The position numbers were made by a program, and so were the translations under genes. The notes beneath the pieces were generated by a model that worked only from the letters and a program-made list of their open reading frames with translations, did no database searches and was not told the DNA's origin. A stretch of 64,000 nt of DNA from Octopus vulgaris (taxonomy: Eukaryota), in NCBI GenBank assembly GCA_951406725.2, contig OX597821.1, positions 47,058,001 through 47,122,000 of the forward strand, written 5' to 3'. Of this stretch, positions 1-13,883 are shown piece after piece (the first letter of the stretch is position 1; each line of letters starts with the position of its first letter).

Positions 1-45
1 CTCGACCTCGAGTCTGCTGCTCTAACCACGAGGCCATGTGCCTCC
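1..45 (-). mobile_element. 5' head of a tRNA-derived SINE (tRNA-Arg-like, OR-type), cut by the window edge
   Basis: Reverse complement reads GGAGGCACATGGCCTCGTGGTTAGAGCAGCAGACTCGAGG, containing a Pol III A-box (TGGC..GTGG) and a tRNA-like D/anticodon arm. Confidence 0.6.
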
Positions 46-1745
46 TCGGAAGAGTTGGCAGTTTTCCTGTCTGGTGACTGAGACGAAAGTATTTTTTTTT
101 TCTGGTGAACGACACCGAAGGACTGGAAATGGACACTTTACTCTTTCGTCAAGCTATCGTCGACTTTTTAAATTCCATTTGAAAAAGTGATGGTTGAGAG
201 GGCGATGCTCTTCCTCCACCCCTAGTACATATGGGGGCTGCTGTAACGAGGTCTGCCCGAGTGAGTGAACCTACAGTTGGCTTCACTCTCAGAAAGTTTG
301 GTATAATGCTAAGGTGAAACAGAATTTGCTTCACTCAAAGCACTTGATAATGACAGAGACGAGTGAAATTGGGAGTAGCGATTCATGGATGTTAGAAATG
401 ATTGTTCGTACAGAAAAACTAAGGATGCTGAAATATTGTGATATATGAGGGAGACATATTCCTCAGTGTCTCTCCAGAGAAGTTCCCTGGCCAATAGTAT
501 AACGTATTCTTTCTTATACAAGTAGGGTTTCGAAAAATTTCCCTTAAGATTGATAAATTCAAGCAGTCTAAACCAGTAACAGAAAGAAATACTCGCGTGC
601 GTACGCGTGTGAACGTGTCTGAATGTGTACATGCGTATGTAATTATGTCTGCTTACACTCACACACTGCCATCAAGATATTTACTTTTGCATTTGTTAAT
701 AAAGCAGAGCTTTGGAGAACCAGGTGGTCAGCAGCAATACATTTTATATGAGGTAGATTGATAAAGTTCGTACAACATTTCATTCTCTGCTAGAAATTCT
801 CCGGATACAGTCAACTAGATCGGATTAAAATTTATAAGAATGCAAAAACAAAATGTCTAAAACTATCAGCAGCAATGATGCTTATGGAGTGTAGACTATG
901 TGTCAGAGCAAACTGTGGAACAGGCTGGAAAGAAAAAAAAAGAGGGCTAGATGAGAAAACTAATATGAGAGATTCGAATTCCCCGACACATAACAGGCCC
1001 ATAAATTTGGAAAAGCGCTAAATGGCGCCAAATTTTTATTCAAAACAGTAAAAGAAGCAACAGACCATTTTTAATGGTTTTGACATACTAAGTGAAGCTC
1101 ATTTATAAAATGGAGATGGGTTCTATGCAGAGAAACACAATGTCACCAAAACAATCACTGTATAAGAAATGAAATATTTCCAGAATACTGGCTTGAATAC
1201 AATGGATAGGAGCAGACATCTATGCTTTGTCAACATGCCGTATTGAAATACAATGGATCCATAAAAAACTTGGAGTAAAAATTTTTCCCTGAACAATTTA
1301 AAAGAAATAGCATTAAGACAGAGTACAGAGGTCATAAAAATGATAGTATAAAATTGAATGAAGTAGCAGTGCCTCCCAACAATAGTCCATCACCAAAGTA
1401 AAACTGGTGCAAGGGTAGAATACGACAAAACCAGCACACACATACACACGTGTACTTATGTTGGTAACAACGAATGAAATCAAATTGAACAAACACTAAT
1501 ACTGTATGTCATTGACTCAGACTCTTATCATAGAAATGTAACCTAAGTAAAATCATTTGAGATTCTAAAGCACTTAACAGGGCCACAGATTTAGTGTGGT
1601 GAAAGATATTGTGAGGGCAAAATGGCGAGTGTTATAGGCTTTATTAGCTTAATTCTTCCAAATTATAACTTATCCCCAAGGTGCCACATATGTGGTTAGG
1701 AAACAATCTCCTTATCACACAGCCATGCATGCATCTATATACAAG

Positions 1746-1793
<48 letters not shown>

Positions 1794-2075
1794 AACAGAC
1801 AGAGAGGCGGGGGGGGGAGATAAATAAATAGAAAGATAGATAGACAGATAGATAGACAGATAGATAGACAGATAAATAGACAGATAAATATGTGGGCTTC
1901 TTTGCAAATCGTTGGCAGGACTCAAACGTCACATTCGACATAAGCATTGTGACTGACAAAGAAAGAGTAGGGTGACACCTCCTCATACGTCGAAACCGAC
2001 GGGAGAGTCCATCATACATACACACACACACATATAGGTTGAAAAAAGATTAAAGATCTATACAAATCAAATTTT

Positions 2076-2479
2076 TATGTATAAAATATGGGGGTGGGAA
2101 TAGCAAAGAAGTAAGTCTAAGACATTTCAATTTAAGAGGGAATTTAATGAAAATGATTTTTGAAATTATGTAGAGAAAATATTACCGGTTTTGATGAATC
2201 TCATGCTATCAAATATCAGTAAAAAATCAATAATATTTTTAAGTAAAAACAGTTTATCTTCTGTCTGCGGAACATTCTCCAGACATGCTCTTGATAGAAA
2301 ATAAACTGTTTTTACTTCAAATGTTTATAAGTTTTACTGATATTTGATCAGATGAGAATCATCGAAACCGGTAATATTTTCTTTATATGATTTTTAAAAT
2401 CATTTTTATTAAATTCCCTCATAAATTGAAATTCTTAGACTTCCTTCTGTACTATTTCCACTTCCGTCTTTTATATATA
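2076..2479. repeat. ~400-bp imperfect inverted repeat (fold-back), probably a Penelope pLTR-derived element
   Basis: 2076-2265 is the reverse complement of 2293-2479 (e.g. GAGGGAATTTAAT/ATTAAATTCCCTC, GTAAAAACAGTTTAT/ATAAACTGTTTTTAC); hammerhead-like CAGATGAG..TCGAAACCGGTA at 2349-2373. Confidence 0.85.
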
Positions 2480-2674
2480 CACGATATACATGTGTGTGTG
2501 TGTGTGTGTGTGAAAAATGACACCGCTGGCAGATTGGAGAATGGACTAGACGAATTCTTATAAAGAGTAGAGGTCCGTAGAGATCAAGAGAGCATTTTGG
2601 TAGTCTCACGAACACATTGATTAAATCATCCGCTACCTAATTTTATATATACCAACCTGTAGCGGGATATAAAA

Positions 2675-3045
2675 ATTTTATCAAGGTTTTCACTGGGACA
2701 TTCCACTACTACTCCTTTTTATTATGAATGGTTATGGCTTCCACCATACAGTGGGTTCTTATTTCTTTGTCCTCAGAAATATCCTTCAGACGGATCTCGC
2801 TACACAATGTCCTACCTACAACATCATGTATAATCGGTAGATAAAACCGTGATGATATTTTTGAACAACTACTTATGATGTGGGTGATATCTTCGGTATT
2901 AAATTCAAAAAGTCTGCATCGGTTGCCCCAGTTTACAGCTTTTCCTGCATCTCTCTTCCTTTTGTACGTCAGGTATTTGGTTGATATTTCTTGTTCCCGG
3001 ATCGCAAGCGCATACCAGTCAAAGTGAGATGTAGTAATCCGGTTG
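2675..3045 (-). mobile_element. Fragment of an RLE-type (R4/Dong-like) non-LTR retrotransposon, CCHC knuckle region
   Basis: Translation AIREQEISTKY...RCRLFEFNTEDITHIISSCSKISSRFYLPIIHDVV...WNVPVKT matches the AxQ..CRxC..E...HI.S.C......Y..RHD motif; homologous to 12378-13130. Confidence 0.85.
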
Positions 3046-3427
3046 TATGTGTATGTATGTATGTACGTATGCATGTATGTATGTATGTATGTATGTATGT
3101 ATGTATGCATGCATGCATGTATGTATATATGTACGTATATTAACTATTGGTAATATATTCTGATATCTATCCAATATTTACCGTTAGTAATATATCTAAT
3201 ATTATTCTGATATACACATTAGTGTATCCGAGATCTCCACATTAACACTACTGCCTTCATTCCCATCACAATCATGATCAATTGTACAGTGTCGACACAG
3301 TTATGTCTCATTAATTAGTGATTTATGAACTACTCTGAAGACAATCAAACCAGTAATTCAATCAAACTTCCTTTGATAAGATATATTTCTGTATACACGC
3401 GCGTATAAGCGTGTATGTATATATGTC

Positions 3428-3503
<76 letters not shown>

Positions 3504-3710
3504 AATATACATGTGTGTGTGTGTGTGATCAAATAAGTGAGAAATAGATGTTTATTCTATTAATTGACAGGTGTTTCGTAATCTATGTTAGTTACATAAT
3601 CGACGCTACACCTCACTACACACACATGCACTCACATATATATACACACACACATACTCATGTATATATATATATATATATATACATACATACATACATG
3701 CATGCATACA

Positions 3711-3799
<89 letters not shown>

Positions 3800-4179
3800 G
3801 TTCTGCAACATAACGAACAGATTACTCTTTAAAAAATTTCAGGAACTACAATCGAATAAACAATATTCATTACGAGCCGTATGGAGAGTGAATGAGGATT
3901 TTAATTAATAAAATTGATCGGTAATATAATTACGAATGTTCAGTTGATGAAATGTAAATGAAGCGAGTTAAAATGGTAAATGTATCGCAACAATACTAAA
4001 TTGTCATATATGAATATATAGTTAGCGTTGAATGATATATATATTTGTTAATTAATGGTAAAGGCACCTTGAGAACGATATATATTTTATGAATGCAATG
4101 ACAGAAACAATAAGGTGTAAAGAGTGCACCTAATACACACTTACATACATAAATCTAATCATTGTTATAAATATGGGAA

Positions 4180-4480
4180 GAGTAACGGCTTGTAAAATTT
4201 ATACGATTAATATACTCTTTGAATGCAGAAAACAAAATCTCAGCATTTAAAGAACTTTTGTTCGTATCAAAGTTTATCTCACTAAAATGAACACCTCAGA
4301 TATAAACCTGGACTTCAACGATGCGTTTCATTATTCGCACTCCAAAACTGAAAAGGAAAATCATGCTAAATTATATCAACAGACACATTAACCGCTCCAC
4401 ACCTATTATCACAACCTTATAATGAACTTTTCTTGTAGATTTTCCGAACTCCAGCTAATAAAGATTCTTGTTTTGTTTTA
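4180..4480 (+). mobile_element. Possible highly decayed Penelope-like GIY-YIG remnant
   Basis: Faint motifs only (NILFEC, KVYL, QPYN..C), interrupted by frameshifts. Confidence 0.25.
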
Positions 4481-6145
4481 CCATTTACAGCATACACTAA
4501 TATTACAACGAACTCTTGGTCAGAAGCGGTTTTAAGGATAAATTCTATTACACAACTTATTTGTCATTTTGTAAAAACTGAAAGTCGAAAAATAATTTCT
4601 AAAGATAAAGAATAGTAAAGAATATTTAGAACGGAGGGTTAGTATTTTACGAAGTAAATTTAAAACAATTTCGTTTAATTATATTTCTCAAATATAACTA
4701 TTGTCAAATATTTCTTGAACGTAATTGTTAAATCAGTTTTTGCTTGTTAAAATCTACAATTCATGGAATGTTTAAGTTTGCCAGCGGTACTCGGTGTAAA
4801 AATGAGAACAAAAGGGGAAAAATAGAAAAAAACAATAATTTCAGTACTATAGAATTTTGAAATGTTGTTATGGTTTGTGGGGAAGAATATTTAGAGACAG
4901 TGAGATAGATAGTGTGGGAGAGAGGTGGAGAAAGATGTGGGGGAAGGAGAAGCATAAAAGGTTTCCATGGAAACGCATTTTTGAACAAGAATAACATATA
5001 CATTATGATCAAATATCGATAGAAACATTCTTTACAAATAATAATCTATAAAAATAAATGTATATACACGCAATATTTATATAAATATAAATATGTAATA
5101 AAAGTAAAAGTAAATAATAATACATATATATAAATATAAATAACATAAACATTATAAATGTGTATCAAATTTATTTTCAGATATATAAATACGTCTCTAC
5201 GTGCTCCTAATATTCTATTTCTAGAATATATTGCAAATAGACAAAATATTGTTACGTGCTTGAAATTTAGTCTTGAGTGTCTACAAAGGTCATGGGAGCT
5301 CCTCCTCCTCTCCTGACTAACTAATAATATAAAAAATAATCCTTCAATGGTTTCGATGTGTGTGAGTGTGTGTGGGGGGTGTTTCTAAAGTCTTAGACAG
5401 TTCCAGAATGACCACTATGACAATGTTTTGAATCAACTAATGGTCTATTATGTAATATATTTTTTTTATGTTTAGCTTTCTTTACAGTCGACGTTGAGTC
5501 ATAGGAAGTTAACCATAAGCACCGAATGGTTGTCTATTGAAACGTTCTTAAATTGAGATATTGTAACATCCAAGTGTGCGACATCATTGCTCGAGGTTAT
5601 GAAATTTACAATAGTTACCCCATAACAGTATGTGGACCTTCCTATAATGAATTTGAACTTATCATTCTAGGAAAGCACAGTATAATCGATATCTTTGGGA
5701 TTATATATCTTTGAACAACAAACAAACAGAACAACGCTATTGAAACATCTGACATTATTAGACGAGGGTATTTTATAGTTACAGGTTCATCAAAGAAAAA
5801 GATGTCTCCAAGATGTTAAACATTCTTGTTTGGTATTCGGCACAAGTAAACCTAAAGTCTTTGTATTTGGCGACGCTACAAGAACTTCGAAGTATTTTGT
5901 TTTCCATCATTCAAAGAAAAGTTAGCAGTTAACAAGACTGGGTAGGCGAAATGCCCAGTCAACGAACTCGAAATGTACGTTTTTCTGCAAACTTCTTAAT
6001 TTAATAGAATTTCCCCTTAAACTCTTATTGTCTCTCTCACTCTCTCATTCTCTCTCTACTAATTTATCTCCTTATCTATCACTCCATCTATTCCTTCGTC
6101 TCTTTCTCTCCCTCTTTTTCTCTCTCCTCCTTTTTCTCTCTCTCG

Positions 6146-6184
<39 letters not shown>

Positions 6185-6313
6185 ACACACACATATATAT
6201 ATATATATACACACATACACATGTATATATGAATACACATACACATGCACACACACACACATATATATACATATACCTACACACACACACACACACATAC
6301 ATACATACATACA

Positions 6314-6344
<31 letters not shown>

Positions 6345-6959
6345 CTATATTATTATCAACAATCAGTTTTCTTTGTGTCTCTGTCTCTTTCATTCTCTGT
6401 TTTATTCTTTCTCTTTATACCTCTCCCACATTTAATGCTCAGACTTTATTCCACGTCAAGACTATTCTCGATAATTCTTCTTCGGAAAAGTAGCCAAAAG
6501 CCTGTCGTATGTTTTTAGAATGGTTAATGGAGACCTAAGTCAGCTTATAGATTTTTTATCCGGATGATAACTGTCATGATTTAAATTCAACTTTATCTTC
6601 AGTCCTTTCTTGTAGGTCAAATAGTTGATGACAATGCTGAATGTGTGGCACGTTTTTATCATCTTAAGAGACCATGTTACTTTCAATCAAATTCTGCCTA
6701 TTACTAGTTTCCCTTCAACCTGATAAGAAGCAAGATTTTTTTATTTTAATGTCTGTATATTTTGAAGGCTTGTTGCATAAGACACGTGAACGTTGACTGA
6801 AGTGAACGCAACAAATCAGAAATAGCGGTTTCTATGCACTACACGTAGCTTTGAACATTTGTCCTTGAACGATCGGTCTATGTGAAACAAAACATGGGGC
6901 ACATATACAACTACATGTAAATGATCTGTCATGCGCATGGATATATATATATATATATC

Positions 6960-7366
6960 GGCGCAGGAGTGGCCGGGTGGTAGGTAGCTTGTTTACCAAC
7001 CACACGGTTCCGGGTTCAGCCCCACTGCGTGGCACCTTGGGCAAGTGCCTTCTACTATAGCTTCGGGCCGACCAAAGCCTTGTGAGTGGATTTGGTAGAC
7101 GGAAACTGAAAGAAGCCCGTCGTATATATGTATATATATATATGCGTGTGTGTGTTTGTGTGTCTGTGTTTGTCCCCCTAGCATTGCTTGACAACCGATG
7201 CTGGTGTGTTTATGTCCCCGTTACTTAGCGGTTTGGCAAAAGAGACCGATAGAATAAGTACTGGGCTTACAAAAGAATGAGTCCCGGGGTCGAGTTGCTC
7301 GATTAAAGGCGGTGCTCCAGCATGGCCGCAGTCATATGACTGAAACAAGTAAAAGAGTAAAAGAGT

Positions 7367-7368
<2 letters not shown>
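6960..7368 (+). mobile_element. SINE family A (tRNA-derived head, CORE-like CCTTGGGCAAG box, internal microsatellite, AAAAGAGT tail), full length
   Basis: A-box TGGCCGGGTGG, B-box GGTTCAGCCCC; near-identical to more than 10 other copies in the window. Confidence 0.9.
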
Positions 7369-7416
<48 letters not shown>

Positions 7417-10201
7417 CATACATACACACGCACGCACGCACACGCACGCACGCACACGCACGCACACGCACACACACTTATATATATACATATATCCAGA
7501 AAGAGAGACCGGGGGAGAGACAGAGATTTATAAATATATTTAAATATATGTATACATAATTACATTTATACACTGTTACACATATATTTTCAAAACATTT
7601 TAATGTATATATGTGTGTGAACGTGAGTGTATGGATGGGTGTATATGTTTATTTATATGTGTGTATATAGTTAGATATATGGACAAAGAAAGTGAAAGAG
7701 ATCAAGGAAAGAAACGAGAGGCATGTGGATTTGTATATTCATATCATTGTGCTTGTATGCGTTTATGGAATGGGTGCGTACATCCACGCAGGGTGCGGAA
7801 GGGGGAATTGAAAGTGTATTTTCAAATAAACGTGAGTCGTATGTATATGTATATTTATGTGTGTGTGTGTGTGTATGTGTGTATGTGTGTGTGTGTGTAG
7901 GAAATAAACAAAGAGCAGAATTTTAGGAGAGAATTACTTCTCTTCTCACTGAGTTGGCTTGGATAATTGTGGTGCATAGATTGGCGATGTGTGGAACTGG
8001 GCTGGACGCGAACCCCCATTACATCATTAAAAGTATTACGAAACGAAGGACGAGTTTCCACGAAGTTGCTCGAAGTTTTGGATAGCGTAGGCATATCTCC
8101 TACGAATCTTGGTTCTGTCCTAGGAAGTAGAAGGACATATTGGATAATCTGGATGACGACGGGATGGTGACGGCTGGAATATCTGCTCACTAGATGTTGT
8201 CCTGGGGTTAAACACTAATACCATTAGCAACCCAAATCGTTATATTTTTTTTATATTTGCTTCTGATCAAGCGTTTTGTGGAAGCGAGCTGTCGATTTCA
8301 TCGTTCAGTCTTGCCTACGAAGTGATAATTATATTTTTGTTGAACTCACAAAAGAGTTAGATATTAAGCCAATTTCGGTGAGATTAGAACGAAAACCTTC
8401 GAGAAGATATATTCTGTCTAAAACCCTTCAATCTTCTACTATCGACCACCCTTGATGTTTATATTACATTTTTATATTGCCTATATTAATGTTTATATTA
8501 ATGCCATACATTGAGAAAGAGCCCATTCATATATTGATATGGGTAATGAAATAATCTGGCTTTTATTTTGTCTTCCCATTACTAGCAGCAAGTGAAACAG
8601 TATCTAACGAGATTTGAAATCGAGTTACTGTTTTCAGTAACATACATCTTACTTCAGTGTGATCTTCGTCAGCTTCAATGAGAATGCAAGTATAAAGAAT
8701 CAAGGGACCTTGTGATGTTAGTAACATACCCAATTGAAATTGGTATCAACTATAAGTCGAAGCTGAGTTACACAGGCAGCTCAAACGCAATCGTTGTTAA
8801 GTTTGAGATAATAATTTAGATATATTCTGGTGGAGATTGATTTTGGTATGTATGATATATCACCTTAGTAAGCAGAAACATTTTTGAGGACCAATGAGGT
8901 ACTCTATACGCAGTCAATGCATTTCCATGAAACGATAGTTAGATATTCCTTTAAAGTACAGCTTCGCCTTTTAAAAGAAAGAAACGCTTGATAATGAAAT
9001 CCTAGATGCTGTGTGTCCGAATAAAATGCTTGATGGTGGAACACTTTCGATCATATTTAAGCCAGAGTATGAATGACCGAATTTTAAATAATAAAGTGGG
9101 AACTTCTACAAAGTCTCTCGAACTTTTAGAAATATCCACCAAATCTCCCTTGCTACTTAATTCTATTAATATGACACATTTACTAACATAGCCTCAACTC
9201 TCTCGCTTCCCCACCAAGTATTCCCACAGAAATGTGGGATGGGCATAGATGGAACGACATTTTGATCAACCAGGTTACACTTGGGACTAACAAATCAAGA
9301 ATACACATGCACACACAAACACACACACACACACACTCATACACACTCATACACATATATATTTCTGTCATTATGTCGGAAATTGATGTGTTAACAGTGT
9401 TACGATGTACTATAAAACAAATTCTAGAGGTTGTAGCGAACACGCTTTGCTACGACTATATAAACATTACGTTTTACAAGTAACGGTTTTAACTCAGTAT
9501 ATTTGAGTTGACCCAATACTGTGCGGATAAATCATACAACCCAACAGCTTCCGTTTCTCAAATTTTAATTAGGGACGAGGCCGATAATTTGGCAATAAAT
9601 GACATACATATCGCCAGTACATGAGATACATATCTTATCTACCCAGTACAAAGATGAATCCGAATTTTGGCCCCCGGCAAATTTGAACTCAGGACGTGAA
9701 AGAATGAGCAAAATAGCGCATGAGATGTTGTCATTGCTCAATCGATTTTACGAATGCACCCGAATAATTATAAATAATAGAAAGGGGCCGATTCAAAACA
9801 TATATATAGCGAAATAATGAATAGCTCTTAATCTATGAAATTGGATTTGTACCTTATTACCAGAAAAATCAATATTGTTTGATATCTCCAGCTCTATAGG
9901 AAGGTAATTAAACAAAACAAGGTTCAATTCACAGTCTGGTGCAATCAAAGCCCACCTGTACATACACTCCTTTGCCTTGCCACACAACTAGCCGTTAGTT
10001 CTCCCTTAAATCGTCTATAGATTTCATCAATTGTGGGAAGCCTTACTTCACCTTATTGCAATAGTGGTAAATTAGGTCTCTTGCTTCCGCTGCTACTGTG
10101 CCTACATACATATACAGATATATACTTACCTATATACATACATACATACACATACGTATATACATCGATGCACACATACATATATACATACACACACAGA
10201 G

Positions 10202-10258
<57 letters not shown>

Positions 10259-10295
10259 TATATATATACATATATATATACATATATATATATAC

Positions 10296-10365
<70 letters not shown>

Positions 10366-10653
10366 ATGTATGTATGTATGTATGTATGTATGTATCTGTG
10401 TATGCATGTATCATAGAAATTCTATTATTCACTTTATTTATTCGTTGTTAGTTTGTTTTTCGTTTTCGCCGCTCTGTCATTAATTATACATCAATTACTG
10501 ATTGTTTGGTGGCGTTCACACTATAACACATTCACTGGCAATATTACACTGTATATCTTATTGAGAAGTATTCCTCCACAAATACATAAATACATACATA
10601 CAAGCTGACGTATATATATATACACACACGAAGGTATATATATATATGTATGT

Positions 10654-10704
<51 letters not shown>

Positions 10705-11433
10705 CATACATACATGTATATGTATACATGTATATAAGTATAAATATATATATATATATATACATACATTTATATATTCATAGGTAGTTAGATAGGCATA
10801 CATACATATATACATACCTACACACATATATGTATAGCCAATATTTATATATATGCATAACAATGTATTCAAGTTTTTGTGTGTGTTTCTGTGTGTGTGT
10901 GCACATACCGCACCTGCATATGAAAATTAGCTGATATATATATATATATATAAGTATACATGTGTGCATGCTCGTGTGTATGTGTATGAATGCATCTATA
11001 TGTTTATCTACGTATCTTTAGCACATGCGCATATAATTAAATCATGCACAATGAAATATGTGAGGAGAAAAAAATGCTTACATTGGTATGCATACTGACG
11101 CTTGTATACACACACGCTAACATATATACAAGAGTATAGATATATGTGTTTTATAGAATTATATGAATAACAATGTGCTAACATATATATGTGCTTTTCT
11201 AGTGTGTGTGAGTGTATGTAGGTGGTGGTGGTGGGGAGTTCAGTGAATGCGAACTTCTCTGTAAGATGTTGGCGTAAAATTGCCAGAGATAGTGTTAAAG
11301 TGTGAACAACAGTATGTAATTGCAAATGGATGTATAATTAATGAAATATGAAAAAGCAAGCCTATATTTATGTGTGAGTGATACTACCTATAGTCGAACT
11401 TTTCCATACACACAATCACACATTCACGCACAC

Positions 11434-11518
<85 letters not shown>

Positions 11519-11555
11519 TATGCGAATAACATTCTCTCACTCGCTCTGTACATAC

Positions 11556-11589
<34 letters not shown>

Positions 11590-11645
11590 ACGTATTTATA
11601 AATATAATTATATATATAGTCGCACATGCGCGCACACACACATAT

Positions 11646-11718
<73 letters not shown>

Positions 11719-11877
11719 GTTTGCGTGCGAGTGCTTTGCCCAGAAATTTAGAGAAGCTAGCAATAATGGTTTTTTATACTGGCTCACAGCCAGAGAGTTT
11801 TAGGGAAAAATAATTTATTACATTGATTCCATTATTTCAATGTTATAATATATTACTAGAATTAGATACTAAATCAC

Positions 11878-12377
11878 TACATACATACATACATACATAC
11901 ATACATTCATGCATACATGCATACATACATACATACATACGTACATACATACATGCATGCATACATACATACATACAAACATACATACAAATATACATAC
12001 ATGCATACATACATGCATACATACATGCATACATACATACATACAAACATGCATACATACATGCATACATACATACATGCATACATACATACATACATGC
12101 ATGCATACATACATGCATACATACATACATACGTACATACATTCATACATATATACATACATACATATATACATACATACGTACATTCATACATACATAA
12201 AAACATACATACATACATACATACACACGTACATACATACATACATACATACATATATACATGTATACATACATGCATGCATATATACATACATACATAC
12301 ATACATACATACACACATACATACATACATACATACATACATACATACATACATACATACATACATACATACATACA
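11878..12377. repeat. ~500-bp imperfect (TACA)n microsatellite
   Basis: Direct reading; occasional TGCA/CGTA variant units. Confidence 0.97.
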
Positions 12378-13130
12378 GAGGTGGAGACTTTGTGGAGTTA
12401 ATGCCGAAGATATCGCCCACATCATAATCAGTTGTCCAAATATGTCATTACGTTATTATCTACCGATGAGACACGATATTGCTGCCAAGAGATTGCATAA
12501 TGAGATCCATCGGAAGGATAATCCTGAAGCCAAAGAGATAGGAACCAACGTAGCCACTCGTAATATGAGAGTACTGTTAAAATGTCACAATGAAAACTTC
12601 AGTTCATCGGTGACTTGGGACAGAGAAGAGTAACTAAGTACAGTAGTGGTAATAGAGCAACCCAGCGGAAGTCAACATAGCACTAAAGATCAGCGAAAAA
12701 GAAAACACCTACGCTGAACTATTGAGAAACCTACAGTTATTTTATCCGGATTGCATGTTCATGTCAATACCTGTAATTATCGGGGGGACTGAAATTTGTT
12801 ACAAACCGCCTTGCAGCAATCTTGAGAATTTAGGCTTCTCAAAACCAGAACAGAAAAAGCTGATTCGAAGATTACAGATTCAAGCCATCAATGGAACTGT
12901 AAAAATTTATAAAACTTTCCAGAAATTTAGTATTTAAGTATACATGCGCATGTCTAGACATGCAACTATATGCATGAGAATATATACATAAAACAATACA
13001 TACATACAAGCATGCACAAATTCCTTTCGATGTTGTTAAAATTCCAATGAAGGAGCCTTAGATCCAGGCTAGAAACCGATTTTTTCTCTATTGGCAAGAG
13101 ATGTTGAAATAAGACTGAATAATAACATAA
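12378..13130 (+). mobile_element. 5'-truncated RLE (R4/Dong-like) non-LTR retrotransposon: CCHC knuckle, restriction-like endonuclease, 3'UTR
   Basis: RLCGVNAEDIAHIIISCPNMSLRYYLPMRHD; WDREE..; SEKENTYAELLRNLQLFYPD..IPVIIG; RRLQIQAINGTVKIYKTFQKFSI*; ~190-bp UTR ending in a (CATA)n-like repeat. Confidence 0.88.
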
Positions 13131-13319
13131 ATACATGCATACATACACACATACACACATACACATACACATACATACATACATACATACATACATAAAT
13201 AATGCGAAAATACAGAGGTAACATTTTTTAGGAAGAAGTATTGTATTTCTAAAAGAACATTAATCACCGTCAGCGTTGACATATTTTATTCAACCAGAAC
13301 ACGTATTTTACTTGAATAT

Positions 13320-13883
13320 AGGGGCTAGTGCAGAGACGTTAGTATGTTGTGCGTAGGGATGAATTGTCTTCTGTTGCTTAATCGAGAACACACATCTCCC
13401 TCCGTTTCGCATGATGTCGGTTGTTATGTTTTGGTTGTTACTGTTAATCAGGATTTTGCTCTTTCCTGGTCTGATCTCCTTCCCGTATGCTCCTGAAGGT
13501 TTTTATTCCAGCCTGGTGGCGAGCTCCAGTAAGTTCCCCTTCATGGCTTACAAACAGATCAATATCATCAGCAAAGCGCCGGTTAGAAATGAACAGTCTT
13601 CCAATGGAAACAGAGAGGTAAATGTCTTGAAGTGTCTCCTACATGATGTTCTCTAAGATGTTGAAAAGCACTGCATAGGAGCCATCGGTTTCGAACACCC
13701 GCTGTTGCTCTGAAGAATTCTCCGATGCTGCTGTTCGGGAGAATTGCACTACTTGAGTATTTATACAGTGCTTGGATTACTTCGATAAGATTGTTATCGA
13801 AGTTGTAATTCTTCATCATCTGCCACAACCCAGCACACCAAATACGGCCAAAGGCCGTTTTTGAAGTCTATGAATTTGTGGAA
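13320..13883 (-). mobile_element. RTE-clade LINE, RT domains 3-7 (decayed) plus putative 3' end
   Basis: FIDFK..(D)RIWCAGLWQMM; FFRATAGVR; RFADDIDL; KSKILIN. Confidence 0.85.

Noticed and set aside
149-662. Two minus-strand ORFs with an acceptor-like TTTAG near 570
   Set aside because: Stops occur in all frames downstream and no domain is recognisable; cannot support an exon
700-1640. Purine-rich stretch resembling a decayed retroelement ORF1
   Set aside because: No diagnostic motif could be recovered by eye
5540-5990. Possible LINE RT C-terminal remnant (YLG-like motif)
   Set aside because: Too degraded to assign
6960-7030. tRNA-like sequences with A/B boxes
   Set aside because: SINE heads; no complete cloverleaf, so not called as tRNA genes
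6832-7491. Recurring peptides such as [20 protein letters not shown] and [10 protein letters not shown] found in many ORFs
   Set aside because: They are translations of SINE family A, not a protein family
13040-13100. CAATGAAGG..AGAAACCG hammerhead look-alike in the RLE 3'UTR
   Set aside because: The core is not CUGANGA; better explained as a 3'UTR stem-loop (CCAAT/ATTGG)
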